In this document: positions 1 through 11,000 of the stretch, piece by piece
How the letters are laid out: the number at the start of each line of letters is the position of its first letter
Numbering within the stretch: the stretch's first letter is position 1
Assembly: GCA_009103225.1 (NCBI GenBank)
Contig: RHPI01001567.1
Span: forward strand, 1-64,000
Length of the DNA stretch: 64,000 bases
From: Chlorokybus atmophyticus
Taxonomy: Eukaryota; Plantae; Mesostigma and Chlorokybus algae
Reading direction: 5' to 3'
Notes under the pieces: model-generated
Database searches by the model: none
What the model saw: the letters and a program-made list of their open reading frames with translations, nothing else
What the model was told of the DNA's origin: nothing
Translations under genes and position numbers: made by a program

Positions 1-1700
1 AGCCCATGTCGCACTTATTGTCAAATGCTCTGCAGCCACTGCCAACATCAGAACACTTGTGCATTTGCTTGCGTACAACATATTCGTACAGGACTCGCAG
101 TTTAGAATCGGTTGGCACAATGATTTGCTGATTTGCATGGTCAAAATCTCCGGGGATAAACGCAGTGATTTCACTGCAAACTCGTTTAACATCGTCGGGA
201 TGTAACCACAACATAACATGTGCATGCAAAGATCCACGGTGTTGTGTTTCATACCTGATAACATAGTGCATCACACGTCCAAGGATATCCTTTTGCATGA
301 TATATTCTTCAAAGAAAGTGCTGAACCGATGATGAAACAAACGTGCGCACTCCACAGGGGCATCGCGCCAACTAAGTTGCGTGGAGACATTGTGGAGAAC
401 ATTCTGCAAATCAATGATCTCAGGGAATTTGGTACTGGACACTTCATCTGCAGTCATGGTGACAAAGAGATGAGGCATACCCCAATGCTCAACCAGACAC
501 AGCAGCTCACTCAACTTTCGTCGATGCCAACTTGGAGATCTAATGATGTCACCAGGGACACGAAATTTTACAGCGTTTTTGATGGCATCGTTGATTGTGG
601 CTGTAGGTCGTTGTTTGAGGAACTTTTCAATATCAGCGTCCACAGCAACTTCGCGGCACTTTCTGACTGTAAGAAGTGATTGACGGATTTGGTACATCAA
701 CAGCAAATAAGGCTTGTACAATGTGAAAACACAGAACGATTGTGTAAGACGGAACTTGACATAGTCTGACAGTCTGCTGTACACATTACCATCAAAGAAC
801 CCACAATTGTGCGGAAACAACATGGGAAACAGAGCAGACTCAACAGTTAAACTAGGAATGTTGTACGCACCACCTGTATCCATGTGTATTAAAAGAGGAA
901 CACAAGGCTCACGCATCGACATATGTCCAACGCGCAACATGGTGTCCACTGTGACTTCAACTGTGCTGCGCGAAGGAAATGGCAACACAGTGGTTAAAAC
1001 GTATGTGTATGCTGATTCACCAGCAATGTTCAAAGGATTACGATCCTGTGCACGAGACACAATCCTACGAATAGTAGATGAACTGACAATGGGGATGCCG
1101 TCAAAACCAAATGGTTGTTCTGCCAAGGTCTGATATTTCTGAACCAGAGTGTTGGACGATAATAGCTCGCTCAACAACTCCAGCAACAAGATGGCATGTT
1201 GGTTCTGATGTGTAAACTCATCCCAAGTAATAAACGGACCGTTAATCATATTCAACTGCTGAATTTGGCCCGAAGTGAAACTGTATGAGTTATATATAAG
1301 TCGCAAAGCGCCATGGACGTGTTAACAAGGAACAACATCTGCACTACCATTGGATGTGTCTCCAACAACTTGCGAATGTACACTGCGTTGTGTAATACAA
1401 TATAACTGGAACGCTCCGACCCGTGACTACATCGATGGCATTGGTAGTAATCACTATCACACTTGGTATAATCGGACATAAAAACATTAGCCAAATCATA
1501 TGGTGCAACGGTGGATACTGATCGTCGATACATTGAACGATAAGTAGCAGCAGCAGAGTAAAACTGTACATGCCCGCACAAAGAACAACATTGCATTCGC
1601 GTGACAAACTTACGTTGTGCATCTTGCCAACAGGAAAGCAAATCATCGCAGGCGTCCCACAATTCGCAATGCTGAGACAAATCGCAATGTTGCTCATAAG
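1..1700 (-). mobile_element. Helitron (Helentron/Helitron2-like) Rep HUH endonuclease gene, frameshifted, truncated by left window edge
   Basis: Manual translation gives an open minus frame 1249->1, absent from the ORF track because it has no stop in the window. It contains ESALFPMLFPHNCG, IIRSPSWHRRKL..LVEHWGMPHLFVTMTADE (motif 1), DAPVECARLFHHRF, LGRVMHYVIRYETQHRGSLHAHVMLW (HUH motif 2) and QMHKC..C..C. The upstream ORF 1252-1890 (CSLCG...CHRC) joins via a frameshift near 1290. Confidence 0.9.
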
Positions 1701-1861
1701 TCATAGCGGATGACGAAACAACACACCAAGAACATATCAACTGCCCTGGCATTTGTCGCCATCCAAAAGAACCATCTCGGCACAGTCCAGCAATGAGGGC
1801 GTGCAAAGGTGCAAATCCACATGCACAATGTCTCTGATGTGTAGTAAAATTTTGCGATATG

Positions 1862-1940
1862 ATTACATATGCGGCGATATGGTGCAACATGGTGCCATAT
1901 AATTACATATGCGGCGATATGGCGCAACATGGTGCCATGT
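1862..1940. repeat. 40-bp tandem duplication upstream of the Helitron Rep gene
   Basis: ATTACATATGCGGCGATATGG(T/C)GCAACATGGTGCCAT occurs at 1862 and 1902. Confidence 0.85.
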
Positions 1941-2474
1941 GATCAGCAAACGCTGTTAAGTGTTTCAAAACTTAATAATCAACGTAACGTTCACGCCACG
2001 GTACGTGCTGCGATTTTTAGTAAATAATGCCGAGGTTACGACCATAAAAATAATGCTAACCTGAATTACCTTAACGTTAAGATTCAACTAAACGAAACAT
2101 CGCATCGTTAGGCCACCATTTGGTCACGCATGAGATTGATCAAATGGGATCGCAACGGTGACAACAGCCAGTTGCTTAAAAAGGCAGCAAAATGGCCAAT
2201 CATTGCAAAGATGCGTAAAAGATGCTGAAAAATATCTCACCGGCAACCGCTTACCAACGGCGACCCAAATTGCTAGGGATTTGGTGCAATTGCGGCACAG
2301 TTAGTGGTTAAAACGGCCGCGTTTTTTTCGGTACGAGGTCGGGGCAGACCCCATACCCCAAAGACATGCCGCCACTACTCACCCTTGTTCTAACTAGTCC
2401 ACTCTACCCTTTAACGCTAATTGATTACACGCTATAGTTACTGCGTCATCAAACATGGTCAACAGCCGAATGAA

Positions 2475-2680
2475 GGACCATAAATGGTCCGTCTTAAACC
2501 CGGTTTCTAACCGGGATCAGGGCTGGCCCGGTTTTTTGGGGGACCGTGGGACAATTACGTACTGTTTGGATCAGCCCTGGTCCCCGCATGCAAACCAAGG
2601 CGGGCGACCCTGGTCCGGACCCCAAGCCGCCCGGGCGTTTTGGCCCTGGTCCGTACGTGCGGACCAGGGCTGGTCCATGG
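2475..2680. repeat. Left subterminal array of GGACC/GGTCC palindromic motifs
   Basis: GGACCATAAATGGTCC plus repeated CCCTGGTCC/GGACCAGGG motifs. Confidence 0.75.
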
Positions 2681-2694
2681 ATAAATTCCGTGTG

Positions 2695-5600
2695 AACGTA
2701 CCTGTGTCATGTTCTGCAGGTGACGATACACCACGTTGAGGCTGATGAAGGGCGCTCTGGTAAAGGCACTCCCGTTGCTGCTGAGCTGCACATGCACTTG
2801 TTTGTCGCCCTCGCCCCACATCTCGAGATCTGCCAGCTATATGATTGACACATCCGTGTCGGGTGAGTAGATCAGGAGTGTCTTCTGCTCACACATCTTG
2901 GCAAGGTACTACACTCTTGAGTCGGCCTCGGCATGGTTGCATCGGTATGTGTCCATAGTGTCGTAGACTGCCTCTCCATCCACGATGCGGACTCTGCGCG
3001 CAGCATGCGCCCATGGCTCAGTGTTTGAACCACCCGCCATGATGACCTCTTGTCCCTCACGCATGTGGGGGACGGCCATCGCTGGGATGGCTGCAGTAAA
3101 GATGTGGCATAGCTGCCGCTTCAGGTTGCGATCAGCAAGCAGAGTTCGCCATGCCTTTAGCACTTCTGAGGTGAATTCCAGAGCCGTGCTGCTTCTCTGA
3201 CAGCCTGCATCTCGGGTCGACTGCAATGCAGCCTTGACTCCTGTGGAATGCTTAGGATCATCAAAGACAACATGCAGGACCTGTAGTGTCGGGTTATGTA
3301 GACCAGGGACGATGCAGGTCTTGAGCAACTGGTCCAGGTATTCACGTATAGTGCCGACATGAGGGAGAGGGTTCTTGTTGATCAAGAACATGCCCTCCAA
3401 GATTAGGCACTCGACGCCAGGGGGGAAGCTGCGGCGCTCAGCACCTTCAGCTGCACCCACAAGTGCTGCCAAGAATGCCGACTTGTTGCCCTTTCTCATC
3501 AACCCATCGTTGGTGAACAGAGAAGGTATGGGTGAGTACTGCGCAGTACAAGCAGACTCGGTGGCTCCTTGCTTTGCCAAAGCTTTGAGCAGCTGAATCT
3601 CCGTACAGCGCTTGCGTTATGAATACTTGTTCATGCAGAGCATACACCTTGGGCATCTTGCACAGCAGCAGGCACTCTCACTACTAACCTTTTCCCTCAT
3701 ACGTTTCGTGTATGCACGGGTTGCATTCTTGGCTGTCTGCGTGATCGCTATGGTCTTCAGGCCAAAGCGCTTGGTGACCTTGCAAAGAGGTACCTCACGG
3801 CTGTGCGTGACACGGACAAAAAGCTCAAACTGTTCCTGGCCAAGCTGATAGTGCCGCTCAAGGTCCAAGGCAACGCTGGGCTGAGCTTCACGGCCGGTGA
3901 GGTGCTGCAGAGTGTCCCCCGACGGCTCTGCAAAGACATTAGCAGCCTTCAGAGCGCCACACATGCGCTCCACGTTGTACAAAGTGCGCGTGGAGTCACG
4001 AGCGGAGCGCAGCGCAAGGTCCACCCGGTGTCGCCCGTGCATGAGGGCCCGCACCTTGTTGAGCATGACAGCCCGGTAGGTGAAGTGCCCTGACTTCGTT
4101 CTCATGCTGTCTGGTGTTGGACGCCCAATGCAATGCTTCAAGTCTTTGTTGATGAGGGTTTCATGTGCCTCATCGGTTGCCATGTTTGCCGTTAATGGAG
4201 ACAGCAAAACCACCTGCCTGCAGGTGCTCCAAGGCCTCCAGAGGCATGTCTTGGATATCACGCAAGTGCTGGCTGATGAGTCGCTGGTAATGTGGGCGGT
4301 CCCACGCTAAGGCCAGCGGCGCCAACTGCTTGTAAGCTCCCACACGCTGGTGCCAATTGCGTGTTCTGATTGCGCACCACAGCTGAACGTACGCCTCCCC
4401 ATCGCGCTGAGTGAAGTCCCACCACAGGGCAAACGTGGCATCCACCTCGCTGCGCTGCCGTCCCCATCGACTGAACCTCTCAAACCAATCAGGATCATCA
4501 GCATCGAGCAGGCTCCAGTCCTGCTCCTCCACCAATGCTTGCACATCAGGGGTGCTTTGTGCCCACAGCTTGATCTGGTGCCTGTACATGGCCTCCCATG
4601 CCTGAACCATGAACGTGTGCACTCGTTTCCACTGACTGGCGTCCATCAGCAGGTTTCGGGTAGTGCTCTTTTGGTAGCCACAGCGCAGCGCAAGCTCCTC
4701 AAAGCCAGCGTCGTACCTAATCTTCACCACCGTCGGCAACATGTTGTATAGTGCATGCCAGTCCCCGGGTAGCGGGACTACCTAGCCCCAGTAACCTGGC
4801 TCATTCAGTTTCAATTGACCCAGGGTTGTGAATGTCTTCTGATCGCCAAAGATGGGCACGTGATGGTGCTGAGGGTCTACACCCATCCTCCATCTCGCTT
4901 CGTCCAGAGCAAGGCGCAGATTGTCGCTGTTGTCCGGGTTGTAAGAAGAGGCAGGTACATCACTTTGCTAGGTCCAGCATCCAACACTGGCTGTGTATGC
5001 AGCCACGACTCCTTAAGGGTGCCGGCAGAGTATGGGTGTTCTGGGTTGAACACACGCTTCATAATGGTGTTGTGCATGGTTGTTTGAAACTGCAGCACTG
5101 CACCCTTCTCCTCCCACGACAGGCTGACGATGCCGTGCACCGCAGGTGGCGCGACATGGTCAGTACGTGCATCAGGCGCTCTCACATATGTTCGAGGCAC
5201 AGGTGCTGGAATGCCGGCTTCAGCTAAAGTGCGGTGGCGGGTTACCTGCGTGACCCAGCACCAACACAGTTAGACACCACATTACTTGCAATGCCACGAC
5301 CAATGTAGTCATGCATTACATAGTGCACGTACCGGGACATCCTGCTGCATGGGCGCGCATGCGTCTAAGTCCTTGGGCACAGGTATGATGGCCATGGTCG
5401 TTGTGCAATGCAGATCCGTGGTGGCTTTGCCTTCATACGGACCCATAAAGTGGCTCTTCATGTCCCAATTGTCCATAGTCAGCACCACAAACTCCCCTTG
5501 ATCCATGTTGACTAGAGCTGGCCTGCTAATCGTGGCTCGAGCCCTTGCGTTAATGTGTCTGTCGAGAGTTCCACGGCTAGTACACGAGCACACTCTGTTA

Positions 5601-7678
5601 AACATCTGCAACAGGACGTCACTGCTGGAGTAGGCGTCCAATGCCTCTGCTAAGGCAACATGAATCTTCAAGTACGCTTTGGGGTTCCTTGCATACAATG
5701 CCATCGCAAAGATGAAGTCAGTCTTGAGTACCTTGCGCGCCTTGTAAGCCGGTGTTGCCACAAGGTCCACGGCCAACAAGTCGATGTCTTCGCTACAGGT
5801 GAGTGCCCGAAACAGTGCCACCAGCTCCTCACTTGCTTCTCCCATATCTCCTTGTGCCTCCATGAATCTCAGGTCTGGGCATGTCACGGCGTTGATAGCT
5901 ACACGACGTTGCGCTTCAGCGTCCATCAGTTTGCTGATGTAGCGCAGGGTCTCGGAGCACAAAGGCGAGGTGTTCGCCTTATCGGCCATGGCAGACGCCC
6001 TCAGCACTTGCTGCAATGGGTCTATCCATGCTGGAATCACCACCCTACCATCCACACGGTTGCATGCCACCTGGAGTGTCACAGCTTCCTTGAAACACTT
6101 GATTGCCGCATTGTACAGCTGGCGCACATCTCTGACTCCATGCTGTTTGCAGATCACGTTGAGGTTGACCACACAGTTGGGAGACATCAACTGCTTGGCT
6201 ATCGCCACCGACGCTTTGTCACAGGTCGAGACCCTGCGCTGGCTGCCACTCTTCTGAGGTGATCCTCGTGCTGCCCCCGTTGCGCTTGTTGCTCTGCCGA
6301 GTTGCTGCTGGTTGTGTGCTTGCGCAATGCTTCAGCCTGCTGCTCAAGATGATGCGCCTGTTGTGCAAGGCACTCTTCCAGCTCCTCGATATCAGATTCC
6401 AGGCAGCTGCACCGCTGCCCCCACTCCAAAAGTTCAGTGTCCTTCCACCTGTGCTGCTCATCCAGATCGTTGCACTGCTGCGTCAACTGCGCGTTGGCTG
6501 ACAATTCGGCGTCTAGCAGTCGCATTGAGACCTCCCTCGCCCTTGTGCGGGTGGCCAACTCGTCCTCCAAGGCACACTTCCTGCTCTCCAGATCAGTGCA
6601 GGTCTGCCATAGCACATTTGCCCTCCGCCAGTTCCACCTCCACCCCTTGCGCATGCACTTGCAGTTGACGCGTTGCCTCGTGTGACTGCAGCAGCAGTTG
6701 TCTCTTAGCCTCCAGCTCCGTAACTGCTGTACGAAGGTCCTGCTGCGCTGTTAATAGCAACTGACCAAAGTCTTCACGCTGCACGCGGAGTCTTTCTCCA
6801 CCAGCGGCCACCCCCCTGGAAAGAGCTACCAGCGCCTGCTCTCTCGCCACTGACGCACGCTGCATGTCTGCCGTATGCCTCACCAGCAACTCACTTGTGG
6901 CCGCATCAGATGACTGCACTCGTGACTCTAATGCGCTGACTCTCTCTTGACTGATATTGAGCAGCTGCCGCTGCTCATCGACCAGCTCGCCAAGTTGCTC
7001 TGCTCCGCTCTCAGCCTCCCTCAACAGGGCGGTAACCCTATCTACCTATGACTGTGCGTGCGCTGTGGCGTCTTGAGTTTCTAGCAGGCTATCCCAGAGA
7101 TCTGCTTGGTGTTCAGCGCTGTCGCCTTCAGTGGTGCGCAGGCGCGCCTTTAAAGCTTCAGCACGTGCTCGCAATTGCTGCGCTTCCTCAGCTACTACCA
7201 TATACTGCACGTCCACCACGGTACGCAGGCGCTGCGCTTCAGAGGCACGAGCATCGCACCTCTCCCACAAGGACTCCAGCTCCAACACACGCTCTTGCAA
7301 TGCCGAAACGCTGCGCCTCTCTGACACCAAACTCCCTTGCAGGCTGCAACATGCGTGGGTCAATTTCTCCACCTGTTGGCGCATCGTGACAATGCTCCCC
7401 TCAGCCGCATCTATGCCGATCGGCACAGCCTTGCGCTGTGCATGCAGATCCCGGGAACGAGCCTCCAGTCGCTGAATATGACCTGCTCGCTTATCACGCT
7501 CCTCAGGCCTCGCTGCAAACAACACCCTCAGCTCCTCCTCGGTTGTGTCAGCCCGACCACACTGTTGACTGACCGACGCCACCGCCAGCAGCAGCTGCTC
7601 TTGCAGCTCAGCAACCAGTGCCATTTGCGTCGCTAAGTCAGCTTGAATCTTGCACAAAGAACATTGGTCTTTGCATTC
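2695..7678 (-). pseudogene. Academ-type transposase: N-terminal coiled coil, DDE core, XPG/PIN-like domain; multiple stops and frameshifts
   Basis: Concatenated ORFs 7046-7678, 6593-7024, 6199-6654 (coiled coil), then 5309-6208 (ARN..., MDNWD, HCTTTMA). The core continues with GDQKT and PLPGDWH (~4755-4845), NW..R.GAYKQLAP..DRPHYQRL and DEAHETLINKD. The C-terminus has SLFTNDGLMRKGNKS, VVFDD, NHAEADSRV* and IYSPDTDV, and stops abruptly near 2695. Confidence 0.8.
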
Positions 7679-8609
7679 CTGTGCATGAGCATATGTAGCA
7701 TAGCTTATGGTATAGTACAGTACACCCCAGCACATGCACAGTACACTCAAGCACACGCACAGCACAACACAATACTGGACAGTACACTCAGGATTCCCGC
7801 ACATCTGAGTACCCAATGCTGTTTCGAACTTATGCACACTGGCAACCAACCTGAGACAATGCAGCTTTGCACACACCTCCGCACGACCTACGTCCTAGAT
7901 TACGCCCTACAGCACACAGGACACACCTCATTAGATAATGCGTACATGCATCAAGCAGTCCTGCAATGGCCACCCTGTTGCATTGCCAATGATCTCTCGA
8001 TTAAGCCAAAGTCAGCATGCAAACGGGCTACTCTGACTCTGTTCGCTCTTACATAACCGCATGAACTATCCAAAGTTGAGGGACGCACCCCCCACCGATG
8101 CAGATGGGTAAGTCTTCCTGGCTGTCCCCATCGTACCCGCCGGCGTTCTCAAGTCGGACGCGACATGTTGATGTTGGGCTGTCGAGGTGGCTGCAGCCCA
8201 ACATTGGAAGTGCGTCTCGTCGGCCGCAACATGTTGCCGTCATGGTCTACATAGCACTGGTTCTGCTGATAAAAGACAGGGGCCTGGCGTACATGCGTCT
8301 GACCACACGCCAACGCAGTTAGGCACGCACAACTACTCCTTTGACTCTACCAGCAATTACCATGCGTTGGGTCAAGAGTCAAGTTTAAATCACCAACTAT
8401 GAGCCAAATCCCTGACCTGTGGGCCTCGAGCAGCATGCATTTGGGCGGCAGAGTCGGCCATCACCGACTGCGATAGCTGGCTGGGATGCAATGGCAGGAG
8501 CGCAGGAGGGCTCAGTAGCGCAGCCGCCGACACAGAGACCTCCAACTTGGCAGGATGCAGTCCCTGACCACCACATCACGCTATCAGCGTTTATTCAATG
8601 GCCAGTCAC

Positions 8610-9068
8610 TTATGCACACAGCCCCACAACGTCTGAACCATACATTGACGCATGGATGCTACCAATCAGACTGCTCACCGGCAGCATACGGAGACCCTCC
8701 GGCGCCACCTCCCAGCACCTGCCGCTGGTGACAGCCAGAGTGTACACTCTGGCTGCACCCAGCACCTCCTCAATCTTGAGGTCACGGCGCAATATCTCGA
8801 TTTGGGCCTTTTTATTCTCACGCGCAGACTTCGCTGACTTCTTCTTCCCCTCGGCCCTTTCGCCTTCCACCCTTTCACCAGGCTCCTTGCGCTTGCGAGC
8901 AGTCCCCCCTGGAGGCGACGAGGTATGCTCTTGCTCCCGCTCATCACCTCCACCCACTGCATCACCATCGCCCCTTTGCCTGTGCAGGTCGTCATGCTGA
9001 GTGCCATCAGGTGACACACAACCACCCACTTCTGGGCGGTTGGACCAAATACTAGGCGTTGTGGACAT
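8610..9068 (-). CDS. Probable exon of unknown gene inside the Academ-like element (K/R/E-rich, NLS-like)
   Basis: 152-aa ORF with ARKRKEPG...KKKSAKSARENKKAQIEILRRDLKIEEVLG; no homology recognised. Confidence 0.4.
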   Translation of the reverse strand: MSTTPSIWSNRPEVGGCVSPDGTQHDDLHRQRGDGDAVGGGDEREQEHTSSPPGGTARKRKEPGERVEGERAEGKKKSAKSARENKKAQIEILRRDLKIEEVLGAARVYTLAVTSGRCWEVAPEGLRMLPVSSLIGSIHASMYGSDVVGLCA

Positions 9069-9138
9069 GTCTCTAGACCCACAACCCAGAACCCGCCGCC
9101 GCCACCGCCGCCTCCGCCACCGCCCCCATGAACAACAC

Positions 9139-9867
9139 TCAATTCAACATGGAGAGCAACTGAAACGTTTCAAACGATTTGAATCTGGCGCTTAGTTCAC
9201 AACGGTCCCCGTGGACACTAACCGACTCATCGCGACATAGTATGCTAACCGAGCGCGGCGAAACGCGGAATGTCACCGCACGTCGCACTCCCAAAGTGCC
9301 AGCGGCACGGAATGTCAGCGCAGACCGACCCCGAAGAGCTCCGACACGCAATGCGACCGGCCGCGTCGCAGCAATATGGTATAACGAGCGCAGAACCGGC
9401 ACATCCCAGCGGACAAGACAAGCCACAGCCACCGCGACCCAGCTCGACAAACGCTGACACACAGCGAGTTGCTGGGGAACGTGCAGGCCCATTTTGCTTA
9501 TTGAGAACCCTTCGGGCGATCCATCTGTGCAAGGTCCACCAATTTCATTTAGCAGGGGAAAATCCCGGTCTGAGGGTACGGACCATTCATGGTCTAAAGA
9601 CGTCAGGCGGTGTGCATGCTGCCGGCTGATCTCGCCATCCAGCTGGTCGTGTGTGGCCTCAGCTTCATGGGCAGGCTGTGGGTTGTCAACATCGTGCTGC
9701 ACATCAGCCGCCTGCTCCGGCAAGGGTAGGAAATTCTGTTGGCTGCGACGGCGGTGCCTACAACTGGTTTCTCTTATCAGCTGGTTGCAAGTTGATTCCC
9801 AGCTTAGTATTAATGTCCTTGGCAAACTTAACATCTGTCTTGCTTGCCGTTGATATTGCGCCAGCAT
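9139..9867 (-). CDS. Unknown protein domain (LTSxDHEWSVPxDxDFPxLNxIGGP) inside the Academ-like element
   Basis: 242-aa ORF. A diverged homolog at 35.6-36.3 kb shows synonymous third-position changes, supporting coding constraint. Confidence 0.6.
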   Translation of the reverse strand: MLAQYQRQARQMLSLPRTLILSWESTCNQLIRETSCRHRRRSQQNFLPLPEQAADVQHDVDNPQPAHEAEATHDQLDGEISRQHAHRLTSLDHEWSVPSDRDFPLLNEIGGPCTDGSPEGFSISKMGLHVPQQLAVCQRLSSWVAVAVACLVRWDVPVLRSLYHIAATRPVALRVGALRGRSALTFRAAGTLGVRRAVTFRVSPRSVSILCRDESVSVHGDRCELSARFKSFETFQLLSMLN

Positions 9868-10199
9868 TCTGCCACCAAGTACACCGCTAAGAGGCCGCCG
9901 CCAACAGGAGCGCCCCCCCCTGCTCCCTCCGCCGGTGCCACCTCATTGAGCGATAAAACCCTACTGCACAGACCACGATATTCTGAGCCCATGCACGCAA
10001 GTTGACAATCGCACCATGCAAGCTGCTCGACTTTATGGAGTAACTGCACACCGCTCGATATGCTTGGATCAACGGTTACAAGAGGCTGCCATGAAGACTA
10101 CAATCGGCGCCTCACCTCGAAGCTGAACATAACCCATTGTACTAGCCGATTGTTCGCCATGTCATAGTTCAGATTATTCTTAGCTTACCCTTGATAGTC

Positions 10200-11000
10200 G
10201 CACCATGCATGGAGCTGAGCGTGCACCAGCGATTGTCCTAATCACTGTACTACAGACCAACTTAGAACCTTGCATGGTCCGTACTCTCCCCGACCTTTGG
10301 ACCAGGAAAAGCTTGGTTAAGTCAAGGACCATATATGGTCCGCAATCATACAACAATGAAGACCAACATCTGCTTGCTTAGATTAAGGACCATGAATCGT
10401 CCGTACTTTTCCAGACCTTCGGACCAAGAAGCGCTTGGTTAAGTCAAAGATCATGTATGGACCGCAATTATACGACAATGTGGACCAATAGCTGCTTGAT
10501 TGGATTAAGGACCGTGAATGGTCCGCGATTTGTTAGCATTTGGACCAGTAAGAGCTTCAAAGGTGGTAGACCGTGTATGGTGCATGCTGCTTGTCCAAAA
10601 TGACCGATAAGCTGAGCGTGCACCAGCAACGGTCCGCTCAATCAGTGTGCTTCGGACCAGTCACATCGATTTCATTTATCGCAATATATATTGTCCGGCA
10701 TTGTTGTGGTCCAGACCACGCATGGTCTGTACACCCATTGATAGTCGGACCGGCAATATGCCTGGTCTGGCTGCAGACCATGTATGGTCCGATCTTTCGC
10801 GGCCTGTAGCACCGATAATATGTCTGGTCCAGCCACGCACATCTGGTGCGTGACTGCGCACCAGGATTTGAGACCCCGAACGGACCATGCACGGTCTGTC
10901 CCCCGCGAACCAGGCAGTCCTGGCCCGCGGGGTACGGACCGTGCATGGTCATGGGGGTCCGTGAAAGGACCATACCTGGTACTTGACCGTCAATCCATGT
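10200..11000. repeat. Right subterminal array: ~120-bp degenerate tandem units with GGACCAT-NN-ATGGTCC palindromes
   Basis: Repeated AAGGACCATnnATGGTCCG, TTGGACCA and GCTTGGTTAAGTCAA (10310, 10433); GCTGAGCGTGCACCAGC at ~10213 and ~10612. Confidence 0.8.
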
